A stretch of 64,000 nt of DNA from Phoronis australis (Eukaryota > Animalia > Phoronida): assembly GCA_002633005.1 (NCBI GenBank), contig NMRA01000079.1, forward strand, positions 510,102 through 574,101, read 5' to 3'. Shown piece after piece: positions 1 to 12,400 of the stretch (position 1 is its first letter; every line of letters starts with the position of its first letter). The notes below the pieces were generated by a model. The model was given only the letters and a program-made list of their open reading frames with translations. It was not told the origin of the DNA and ran no database searches. The position numbers were made by a program, and so were the translations under genes.

Positions 1-133
1 TAAGCTGGTTTTGTTGTGAGCTCTGTCGCCTCGAGCAGGAACAAAACGTCTTTCACATTAAAGGTAGTCTCCACTGAGCAAGTTCATGCAAGACCTACAA
101 ACTCTTTTAAGAATCGGAAATCTTAAACCAAAC

Positions 134-467
134 CTTTTTGTCCTTCAACTCCTGGAAATCCCTGTGCGCCATTTTTTCCTTTGTTGCCCTGAGGCCCAAT
201 ATTCCCGGCTTCTCCCTTAGAACCAGATTCTCCTTTCTCGCCTTTATCCCCTTTGTCACCACGAAATCCAGTCACTCCCGGAGGCCCGGGAAGCCCGCGA
301 TCCCCCTGGGCGCCACTCTGGCCGACTTTTCCCACCACGCCTTTCTGTCCTTTCGTCCCTGGCAACCCGGTCGCTCCCAATATCCCCGCTAGTCCCTGGG
401 GACCTCTGTCGCCCTTGTCTCCGCGTGACCCCGACGGACCGACATCTCCTTTGGTGCCCGGAAATCC
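134..467 (-). CDS. Collagen exon 21 (last in window)
   Basis: tag|GGA TTT CCG ... CAA AAA G|gtttgg; continuous Gly-X-Y; 334 nt, phase 0 to 1. Confidence 0.9.
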
Positions 468-3400
468 CTAACAAGTGACAAGACTATCAGCATGTATTGC
501 CTACACTGAAATGATATGTCAGTAAATTAATTTCATGTTATATTCAATGTTGAAAAGATGGCCGTTAGATTCTCAGTTGTGAACTATTTCAATGTTGAAC
601 AATTGATAGGCATCACCTTCTTGTATTTCAAAACGTATCCCCACGCTTGACCTAAAACAGAGTGGATTGCATATTGCTTAGACGTATCGTCTAGTACAGA
701 CATAAACTCACTCTCAGCCCTTGGTCACCCTTATCTCCCCGACTACCCTTGGCGCCGGTCAGACCGTCTGCTCCGCGCGCTCCAGTGGCCCCTGTTTTAC
801 CAACACCAGGCGCTCCTGGGTTGCCAACTGGTCCAGGTAGTCCGAGAAATCCACGCTCGCCGTTTGCTCCTGGTAATCCAGTTGCACCAGTTTGACCCTC
901 TGGTCCACTGATGCCGCTCTCTCCAGGTTCACCTTTATCGCCTTTAGATCCACTTGCACCTGTGAAATGAAAGGTAGACACGGTTCTGTCAGTCAAATTC
1001 CTGCATATCTAGGGCCAGTTCATGTTACTGTATACGACAAATAACGGACTTTGATGAAACAAAGATAACATTAGGACACCGTCAGAAACTCATGTCCAAA
1101 ACTTTTGTTGGGGTATTCGTGAAGCAATGTAAGTTGTCATGCACGACACTTACCGCTTTCACCTTTGACACCCGGGAATCCGCGCAGTCCTTGCACACCT
1201 TTCGCCCCACTGGACCCTTTTACGCCCTGTAGTCCTGGCTCACCCTTCCGACCGTTGTTTCCCACCGTGCCTGGAGAGCCTTGGGGACCGGAAATGCCTG
1301 TAAACGCCACCAACGTATTATTAGACAATATAGGCCTTTATAAAAATACAGTATACCCGTATACAAAGCGTGGCCAGGTATCTTATTTTGCTAGCGTAAA
1401 AATCCTTCGGACACAATTTTAGAAATCACTGATTTCACAGGCTGTAAGAATCCCGTCTCACTACAAGAAATTCTAAATGCTCGTTAAAAGAACATGCTCG
1501 CACACTCGTTTTAGTTAGGGTGAACGACAAAATTTTCTTCATCGTCTTCCTTTCACGCTACCTCGTCACTAACCTTGCAAACCCTTCTCTCCTTTATCGC
1601 CTTTTTGTCCCCGAGAACCGCTCTCCCCCTTCACAGAGACACCTGGTGTTCCCTGGATACCAGCGTCACCTGGAAATAAATCATTATCTCACAAGTGGAA
1701 GAAGAAGAAGAAAAAGAAGACGAAAGCTCACCGAATGCCCGATTTTTCGACGTTACAAACGTACCTTTAGTGCCTTTGAGACCCGGCAAGCCGAGTGATC
1801 CTTGATCGCCCTTTGATCCTTTGACTCCTGAGAAACCACGTAGTCCTTGCACACCAGAAGACCCCATTTCTCCTTTAAAAGGGAAAGACAGGCGGTAAGA
1901 GGATCCAAGACAAAGCTTTACCAAAAACGGCTCCAATATCAATGGATGTCCATTTCTAACATTCAAGTTATCTACATTTTGATTCTCCAACAATTTCATA
2001 AGAATTATTACAATGATGTACGACGCTGAGTCTCTTCTTATGACTCAGCATTCCTTCTAGAATTAATGATCTACAGATTCGTAATCTCTCACCTTGATTG
2101 CCCTTCGGACCCTGTATCCCCATCTGTCCCCTACCACCTTTCACGCCCTTTTCTCCTCGAGCTCCCGCAAGGCCTGGCTCTCCCTTCGCTCCAGGCAGCC
2201 CGATACCGATTTCTCCTTTGCCACCTTTTGATCCGGTACTACCCCTAGGACCAACTTGCCCAGGTGTTCCGGTAGCGCCTATGAATCCTCGAGAACCCGA
2301 AGCACCCTGCAGCCCAGGAGGCCCTGTTGACAAAATTTAAGTTCGGCAATGAGAAGAGTAAGTTAGTTATTTTAAAGATTCCGTATTGTTCATGTTCTTT
2401 AGTTCTGTCCTGTTACACATAGCATACTAATGGCCACAATATTTGTTGTTACAGGAAATTCATTTTTAGATACTGCGTACAATTCATTATGTATTTGCTG
2501 GACAATTTTACGTAATGTTGCCAAGAAACTGTCACGTACAGGCATCTTTCCGTGTGCGCATTACGGTGGACGAAAACTTAATAAGATATACTAGGCTTGT
2601 ATATATTTTTAAACAGTTGACTGTTTTGATTAATACGGGCTCAATTCTTTCAAACTCTCTGCAGAACGGCCGATGTTCAAGGGACAGGTTTTACGGAAGT
2701 TCGCAAATCATCGCCATCAACCTATATCAAGTGAAGCTAAAGTTCTCTATCTGTCTGAACAAGACCGCAAAACTCACCCCGTTCGCCCTTCGGTCCACGC
2801 GGGCCAGCAACTCCGGAAGCGCCTCTTGCTCCAGGGGCGCCAAGCGCGCCCTTCTGCCCAACGATGCTCGAACCAGCGTCTCCTTTGTTTCCCTTCGTTC
2901 CCTGTATCCCCTTGGCTCCAGACGCCCCCTTTTCACCGCGAATACCATCAACACCTGGCAAGCCTCGCTCACCCTGAACTCCACGCTGTCCGGTTGCCCC
3001 TGACTGACCATCTGTGCCGGATTCTCCTGCATAGGGGGACTTTATATAGCAAGGTGGTGACTGAAGATGGACTGGAAACTGACGTCTCCAGAGGACTACT
3101 AGGCAATTTCACATTTTTTCAAAAACGTATCACGTCTGATCAAGATCTTTTTCACGAAGACAAAATTAATACGTTTCCTCAGGCAACCCGCTGTCAATAA
3201 AAGGTACAGCCGGCAGACGGCGACAAGAGTCACCCATGTATCCAATTCTTGATGGGATAAACCTTTACCCTTTAAAAGGACGTTGTCGTTTTCAAGATCG
3301 ACAACCGCATTTTCGGAGATTTTTGTTGAATGGGATACACTTTTTAAAGTACAGAGCTATAAAACTGTAAAGTCGGTTATCTTTTTGTGACTTTATTACA

Positions 3401-6400
3401 AATGTTGTCTGTCAGACATTCACTGAAATCAAGACCGGTGACGTCGCCAGCTAAGTAAGCTTAGAATACGCCTCCATTTGTCGAGTAGGGTGTAAGTACG
3501 CCAGTAGAGCGTGAAGGATCAAGATGTGAATTTGCGCTGGGGCTAATCTCAGAAAACCTCTTTCATCGATGATAACGTCACTTTAAAGGTTGAAGCTATC
3601 GTTTCACGTGATCTAACTGTCAAAGTTCTATTCTACAATAAATTGAATCCAATTATCGAATCAAAAACGTCCCGTGATATATTATATCACGCACGTGTCA
3701 TCGAAATTGCGTGGATATTTTTCAACCATTTGCATTCAGCTATTTTGTCGCCCTTTTTGGTCAAGTTTACGTCTCGTGTTTCTTTCAGTCCCTTATCTTG
3801 TGAATACGTGACCGAGGAAACGCCATGAAACACTAACAATATAAGAATATTTGAAATATATGTAAAGGACTGTACCCACGCCAGCGGGAAGTCTGATCTT
3901 CACCCCTGGCGGTGCAGTAAAATCGGTTCCACTTCAAGCATGTGAACTGAGTCAAGCAGAAAGTATGGGGATCTTCGTTTAACGCGAGTCTCACGTGAAG
4001 CTCTGGATGCGGCTCTGAACTAAGCTCCTCATGTACCCCTTATTGAAAGGCACTGGGGCCTGTTCTGGCATGCGTGATACAAATGGGTATTATGGAACTG
4101 GTAAAGAGACTTGCCCTAATTAATGACCCGAAGACGTATGGAAAGGCTCTGATGTTAACATATATTACTGGTCTCGCGGAATTTACAAGCTACGGAAAGT
4201 CGTTCCGAAAGTCTTAGTCGAGACTTTCTCCAAATTTCTAATTTTCACGAGGACTGCGATAACATTTTATGAATCAAAACAGATAACTAGAAGTCTATAA
4301 TGCTATTTAAGAGTACCGACCGGTGCCAACAAGTCCTACCTTTCATTCCCTTAGGGCCACGCAAGCCTGTCAAGCCACGTGCACCGCTGGCACCTGGTGT
4401 ACCTTTTGTCCCAGGAAGCCCCATTGGTCCGGTGGATCCCTTTTCACCCTTAGGTCCACTTTCGCCTCGGTCCCCTTTCACTCCAGTGGAACCTGAAAGT
4501 GAAGATTTTTGTCGTTGGATGGGAATTGATATACTTCTTAGTTTTGTACAAGAACTGTTGCTAAGCGACCAAAGTAGGTGCCAAACGACCAGATAGTATT
4601 CTGCAATTATATCACCGCCGAATTTCACGCGAGATATATTTCACACGTTGAAGAGGCCTAGAACGCGATAAACAGATTAAATTGCAATATTTAAAGTGGT
4701 TCTCTGCCACTGAAACCGAATTCAAGCTGCTCACTAGGTTTTTTTAGGGTTTCAAAGCCTTTTCTTTTAGTTTCAGATTTCAAAAAACGATCTGTCAACT
4801 GCTCGCCACTTCGTCGAGTACTACTCCTTATTTGGTACGGTAATACGTATTATTATTCTATTTATTAATGTAATTTTTACAATGAAGGTAGCCCCATCAG
4901 TTCACACTGCTTTCCATGGCGGCCTTCAGTAAAAACACACAGAGACAGGAAGACAAACAAACAGACGTATCACATTTCCCTTATATGGGAAACCTGTCCT
5001 TTTACATCAAGTGACTTCAAGCAACTGACTGAGCGCATGGGTGCATTAATGATAAGTGGGAGGGACATGAGAAACTCTGTGGTAACCACAGTTTTTCCTT
5101 CTCGGGTATTTCAGAAATCGTGAATTGTGTATTTTTTTCTTGAAATTTCCTCCCAGTGGAAAGTGAATTACTCAACTAGACGTTACCAGATTGTACTTTC
5201 GCCAGGGATTGTTTAAAAGATGTTTTGACGAATTTTCGAGTTCCATGCCTCTTTTAACTTAAGCCCAAGGACAGTTGACTGAAAAGAAGTGGTATAGACA
5301 GCTCTTTATTCCAGTGTCAATGGGCGGGTCCTAGTTTTGTGAACAACGAACTTCTAATCATTAACCTATACCGCAACTTTGCAGGTGCACGTCAACTAAC
5401 TTACCAACTCCTTTAGACCCGCTGGCGCCTGGGACTCCACGCTCGCCTTTCTCTCCCGGCATGCCCTGTAGGCCTGTCAATCCTGTTGCGCCCTTTTCTC
5501 CTTTGGCACCGTTACTTCCAGGAGATCCCGGCAAGCCTCGAGCTCCGGTCGATCCAGCCGGTCCCGTGGAACCATCTTTACCAGGAGTTCCGGGTAGACC
5601 ACGCACTCCTGAAGCTCCTTCGACGCCGATGTTTCCCTGATCCAAGAAGTCAGTTCACACAAATTTGATCATTGTGCTGATGGTAGTCAGGCCAATTTTT
5701 GCCTCATTAAGCAGCATTTAGTTTTATGATTTTATGTTCGTTCCTATCTCTCAGTCCACACTAATTACAATATACTAGACCCTACATTAAAACATCTCAC
5801 CTTATCTCCTTTCAGCCCAGGAACACCTTGATGACCCTTCTCGCCAGGAAACCCTCTATCCCCCATCGAACCCTGTACTCCAGTATAACCTTTGTCGCCT
5901 TTTTGACCTGCGAGTCCTTTTTCTCCCGATGCTCCCTTCACCCCGGGAGTTCCGGGTGATCCCGGGAGACCGTGATCGCCTTTTGATCCCGGAACACCAC
6001 TGGCACCCTGAACGCCTCTTGCTCCTGTCTTGCCGGGTGCGCCTGTCAGACCTTGAACGCCAGTTTGGCCAGTTTCTCCCTTAGCTCCTTTTGTTCCAGG
6101 GATACCAACACCTCCAGTGTTACCTTGTATCCCAGGTAAACCGGTAGAGCCTGGAACGCCTTTTTCGCCTTGTGAGCCCTTGGGCCCAGCGACACCAATT
6201 TGACCCGGCGGCCCGTCTGCACCCTGTTCGCCCTTCGATCCTGGAAATCCCGGACTGCCGGGCGGGCCTGAAGCGCCTTGCAACCCTTTTTGTCCTTGGG
6301 AACCTGTTTGCCCATGAATACCAGGATTTCCGGGAAGTCCTGGTGATCCTACGCTTCCCTTTAGACCCTGGGCTCCTTCCGTTCCAGGCAATCCTGGTTG

Positions 6401-9400
6401 TCCAGCGTCTCCACGCAAGCCTTTCTCTCCACGGTCACCCTTCATTCCAGGAACCCCTGGCAATCCGGGTGAGCCTTCCTGACCGGCCGTCCCCTGCACT
6501 CCAGTCTCTCCCGTCAACCCCTGGACGCCAGGGAATCCCTGTTCCCCGGGTAGACCCGGAGAACCAACCTCTCCTTTGGCACCTGTAGTTCCCTGCAACC
6601 CTGGTAGACCTCGAGCACCGGAAGTTCCTGGCAATCCAGGCAACCCGTTTGCTACCCGCTCGCCTTTTTGTCCGTTTGTGCCTGGCAGTCCCGCTGTTCC
6701 TTGTAACCCCCTTTCTCCCTTAGTCCCAGGTACGCCCGGTAAACCAGGAGACCCGTTGGGCCCTGTAATCCCCTGCGCTCCTCGATCCCCCTTCATTCCT
6801 TGAGGGCCAGTCACACCTGTCGGTCCTTGAAGTCCAGACAAACCTTGCTGACCCGGCAAACCTATGGAACCTTGCGCTCCTTTTGCACCGGGATTCCCCG
6901 TCAAACCTGGCTGTCCTTGAGCACCCTTTGTGCCGTTCAACCCAGGAAATCCAGATATTCCTGGGGTACCAGGTAATCCCATAGACCCTATTGGTCCAGT
7001 TACGCCTGTCGCCCCTGGAAATCCTTGCTGTCCTAATAACAGAAAAGGTTTTGTTTGACACATTCAAGAGTGGTCATATACTTTTAAAGTAATATGTAGC
7101 CGCAAGATAGGGCACAATTAATTCCGGCTTCAAGGAGTTTAATTGGTCGACGTCGCTATTGCAACAGCAATTGTAGCCAGACATACAGCTAATTTCATCC
7201 TCAAACAAAAAATACTCTGTAGGAATTAATTGATTCCAGAAATAACATGTCATATTTTTAAAGAACTGTGGCAGAACTATTTCTTGTCAGGAGAACTTTG
7301 TCTAAAACAGTTCGCTGTGTTACCTTGGACGCCTCGCTGACCGGGTTCTCCTTTCGTTCCTGTCTGCCCCGGTGCCCCTGGGGGACCTCTTACGCCTGTA
7401 GATCCATTGAACCCTCTTGGGCCTAGTTGACCTGTTGGTCCGGTCGTTCCTGGCGAACCTGGCAGTCCTGGAGAACCAACCTGCCCGGTGATCCCACGTG
7501 ACCCAGTTTCACCTCGGGATCCAGGGAGTCCCGCTACCCCCTTCTCGCCGGTTTGTCCGGGTGGGCCTGGTGTGCCTGAATCGTGCATTTGATTTCTATG
7601 AAACATTCCTGTACCACTAAAGCGCGAAACGTAGAACGTGCAAAGCTTGCGATTGTCGTGATTAGCATAGTTCAATAATTCTTCAAAGGAAAATTTACCA
7701 TCACTGAGATCAAGACACTTAATAACATATGTAATCAATCACACCCTCTATAAATTAATTCCGTTGTTGTAGTGCACTCGAAATGCTTTACTTTGCATCT
7801 TACCCGGCGTTCCTTTAGCGCCCGTCTGACCCGGCGTTCCGGGAGTACCCGGTAACCCGGGCGTACCGCGAGATCCTGTGGTCCCCGGAGGACCGGCAGG
7901 TCCTGCAACACCGGGAGGCCCAACTACACCAGTCTCACCCCGAGCGCCACGTAGTCCCTGCACTCCTCGCTGACCTGTCTCTCCAGGTTCGCCCTTTGTT
8001 CCCGGTGTCCCGGGGAGACCTCTGTCCCCAGTTGACCCAGTTGCGCCTCTGGGCCCAGGTAACCCTGCGAAGACAAATGCAGAGAACAGACATGTCTCTT
8101 ATTTTGCAATTTATCATTGAGTAACATTGCATAAATATTCGTATAGACCTCATTGACAATCGACGCACTGGCGAATCAAATATGGAGTGGTCTTGCAAGT
8201 ACAATTTCCGAACCGCAAGTCTTTTAGTCTTCTCAGGAGGGGAGGCCCCTATCCCCTGGGCTCCTATCAATCCAGCCATATGACGTCATGCATCAAACAA
8301 ACTTACTGATTGAAAAACTTCTGGAAATTTTATGCAAACCTGTTCGGCCACCGACTTAACGTGGGACAGTGAATTCTCTTCACGATCCCAATGTACCTGC
8401 TGATCCTTGTGCGCCTGTTCTTCCGACTGGTCCAGTAAATCCACGTGATCCAGGGATGCCAGCAATGCCAGGCGAGCCTTGAGGACCTGTTGGAACATGG
8501 AAGCACAACCATCAAACTCATTATAATGACTCATGCGTTCACATTGCTGATGCCTTTGCTGGAGCTGTGCAGCGTCCGGCAAGACTTTTAGTTTTACTTT
8601 CCTCTCATGTGATACGAAGTGACGTGAGACAATCACGTTAGGGCGGCTCTATTCGATCTTTTACTCAATAAAAAAAAAACATTTTCGTGGATAAATGCCT
8701 GCTGCAAACATGTCACACGTGAATGTAATTTCATCTAGTTAGACACGAACTTGAAACATCACCTGCTTAATTAAACGGGCATTTTGAAGCTGTTTATAGC
8801 TTTCTATGTTTAATTCAAATCATCCATTCGATTTTGAATTATTCCCGAATGAGCCGGCAACTCACGTCACAGGCACACCCCACATGAGAAATTGTCGAAT
8901 TCGAAATTTTAGGGTTGGTTAACCCCAATAAATCCTTAAATGTTTTGTTGAGTTAGTGATGGTTTCGATGTTCTTGCCGATAACGGAAATAGAATCCCGT
9001 CGCGGTACTGAATAATACGCGACAGATTTTAGAAGAGTAAAGAGCTCAATGCAATTTTGGTTTTTAGCCAGCTGAAGAGAAATGCTGTTTTAAGATGCGA
9101 CTTTCTTCGACATTTGTTTTATATTCAGTCTCCAATTTAAGCTTACCCGTCGGACCTGGGGGTCCACCAGCGCTACCTTTGGGACCAGTTGCACCCACGG
9201 CGCCTTGTAAACCTGGGAGACCCGGAGGTCCAGGCGGGCCAGCGGGGCCCGAGGGACCCACCAGTCGAGTCGGTCCTTGGAATGTATCACCCGTTACGCC
9301 TGCATACAATGGATAAAACGTTAAGATTACCAGTAGTGTCGGGTATATTTGACACTCTCCTTATTCTTAATTAAGACTTAACTTCACTATAGGGGCACAT

Positions 9401-12400
9401 CAGTAGCCGGATCAGTACTGAAATCCGCTTGTGCCATCCTATTCGAAATGGAAGCACGTTTACAAAATTTCATGAGCATCCACCCGGGGGTTTGGTGATA
9501 CAGCAACGGACGCCGGACGGATGGACAGACGCCAAAATGCGTAACAGTTTAACTTCGATTAATCGAACTCAATCCAAGTGCACACTCAAGACTGCTAGAA
9601 ACCGTTTTACTCACATGGGTTGATGTTAACTCCAAATGACAGTTGCCAATCTTTGGTGGACTTTCCAAACGCGTAAATTTGGCGAATAACAGGAAATGAT
9701 TGTGCGTCAATCGTCCGCGCGTACAGCCTGTATCCAACCTTTGGTGTGTAACTGATGGCCAAATGTCGGGCTTCCAAGGTGAAACCCACGCGTCCGCCAC
9801 TTGGAATTGCGCTGTGGTTTCGATGGACAAGAAACTGTAACAATATATGTGTCGTTTCTTCTAGTGACAGGGTACTGTATTCGAGTTTGCAAACCTAACC
9901 TTAGATAACATACGCTTGGCGCAAAATGTTGCGTTACAAAATGCCATGAAGTAGATGGTGCGTTAAGAAAAATTGCACATGTGTACATATATGCATATTA
10001 TACACGTGTACATATATGCATATTATACATGTGGACATGTATGCATTTTATACACGTGTACATGTATGCATATTATACATGTGTAAATATATGCATATTA
10101 TACATGTGTACATATGCGCATATTATACATGTGTCCATATATGTCGTTTAAACATAGACAACTTAATTATGAAGAATGTTACGTGGCAATTACTCCAGTT
10201 TTATAACCCATTTGAACATTTCCATATTTTTCAATATTTTGAAAATATAACATTTTATGTTTGCAGGGAATGTCATGGTTGCTACTGTAAGAACAGATTT
10301 GCAACAAACCCGAGGTCCCCGCGTTTTCGCACGCAAAATTTGCTACTTCACACTTGAAAAAAGTTGAAAATAGTCGAAAGCGCTAAAAGTGTTCGTGCTT
10401 CAAAACTTCCTCATGCAACGGCGAAATTTTTTGACATTTTTTTGGAAAACTAGATTTCTGGTGACAAATGCAATTTTAAAACAAAGCACGACCTGCCTTG
10501 AAATACATACGTGACTACATAATTGTGATACTTAGTAGTGGGGTACACGACGAACAAGGGCGATTTTCATTAATCAAGGGTTGCACAATTGCGGAGTTTA
10601 TTTGTAAACTATAAGCACAGACTATATACCACATGGACCGCCAACTCTATATATTCCCAACGCGCAAAATCAGTCGGTGATATTGCACACAAGCCGCGAC
10701 CACCGCGACGGCAACATTCGTTAGCGCCGCCTGGTGTTATGCCCGTTTTAGGTCCTATGAGCCACGTCGTCTGCTTACTAACGGTATGTAAGACCCCAGA
10801 AAAATGACCAAATTAATATGGTTACCTTTGAAACATCAGTTATCAGATACGATGCTTTATTCATTGTTCTCCAAAACACCGTTAGGCATTTTTTAAAAAT
10901 GTTCCACTTTTGCATGACGACGTTTCATGAAAACATTCAAAAGTTGCATATGGCGAATACGAAGTGATAGCACTTATATCAGACGAAAATTGGACATTAT
11001 ATTGACGTTTTTTGTTTCTAACTATACCGGTACCTTTCTTTTGCTATATTTTGCTATATTGTGCTAACTTATGGTTACGACATCCTGTTGGGTATAGTTT
11101 GGTACAAAATCACCAATAAAATACTGTTTTTTTTCAGAATTAAGTTTTGTAATTTTGCAGATAATTGGCTAAATACACAGCCTTGTCTGGATGAAATTAA
11201 CCGGAAGCCGAGCTGTGCATCGGAAGAGAGTGGGGCCTCCTCTAGGAATTCCATAAGGACATCACTGAGCTGCGAATCTGTTGTGTAAGATCTGTGACAT
11301 GAGCGAGAAGCAACTTTTGTACCTTGTGCAACCCGATGGAAGCTGGAACCACCGCAATCTCCTCCAACATCAGTTGGAACTGTGGCGCGTGAAGGACGTC
11401 GTAAACTATAGGGTACCAGATTTGCAGTCGAATGGGGTACTGAAAAACAAAACGTCGGGCCAAAACGTTCGAGAAAGAGCGATATACACTACGCTCCTTC
11501 TAATTCATTTGAATTCTCACAATTTTTCTTCATTTCCAAATTGAGGAATGAGAGATGAAACTATTAAAACTGAATGACTGCAATCAAAGAGTACTACCAC
11601 CGCTTATTGAAATTAAAACAAATGTTACAAAAGGAATTTGTCTCGTAAAGCAGACGACATTGTGTGAATTAACACGAACAGGGCAATACGACTTTGGGAC
11701 TATTTTTGCGGTGGAATAAAACTTGCATAGACTGCAAATCAAACACAGGAACTGCCGTGATCATGCGCATTAGTCTCATTTGAAGATTTAGCTTATTACT
11801 AACAGATTGCTGTAGGTTGTCGTGGTTATATAGCTCGAAACTGTGGACGCGACCGCCTGGCAAGTCGTAGGTGTAATCAACTAAGGACATCAGCCCGCCG
11901 ACGTCAGTGTTCCACGCGTCTCGTTTTTCCACGAGATTGCCGTAGTAAACTTCATTGCCTGCAAGAAGAGAGACAACAGTGGCTAAAAAATACAATCTGA
12001 CTTTTGTGTAAAGTATTGGCACAAACTTCCTTAGACTTTCGTGTCACTTTTTGGGTGAAATCAACGGTTAGGAACTATAAACCAGCTATACTGTTCTAAC
12101 AAAAAAAACTAATTTTTGATTCAGTCCCCTACGGTTAGGAAACAGTGTCCGATTCTTCCTTAATTATATTAAAATTAGTTTCTGGAATTGAGAACGACTC
12201 ACAATACGACCAGTCAAGTTAACTAGTTTGAGCCAGGCCTCGCCAATGATCAGTGCCCAGTATGTTTGGTATACGGCGGATTTAAGAAACAAAACANTAC
12301 GTGACTACATAATTGTGATACTTAGTGGTGGGGCACACGACGAACAAGGGCGATTTTTATTAATCAAGGGTTGCACAATTGCGCAGGTTATTTGTAAACT

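Noticed and set aside
3870-5100. SINE/LINE-tail-like intronic segments (also ~24960-25110)
   Set aside because: Resemblance only; no second copy, clear A/B boxes or TSD to support a call.
134-7032. RGD motifs in the collagen (LRGDA, SRGDK, FRGDK)
   Set aside because: Expected by chance in GxR-GDx repeats and cryptic within a triple helix.
8230-8279. Short GLIGAQGIG collagen-like stretch
   Set aside because: No splice sites, register collapses after three triplets, and it resembles a MITE fragment.
138-9316. Plus-strand Pro-rich ORFs (PGxPxxP) opposite the collagen exons
   Set aside because: Antisense shadows of GGN Gly codons; they coincide with the minus-strand exons.
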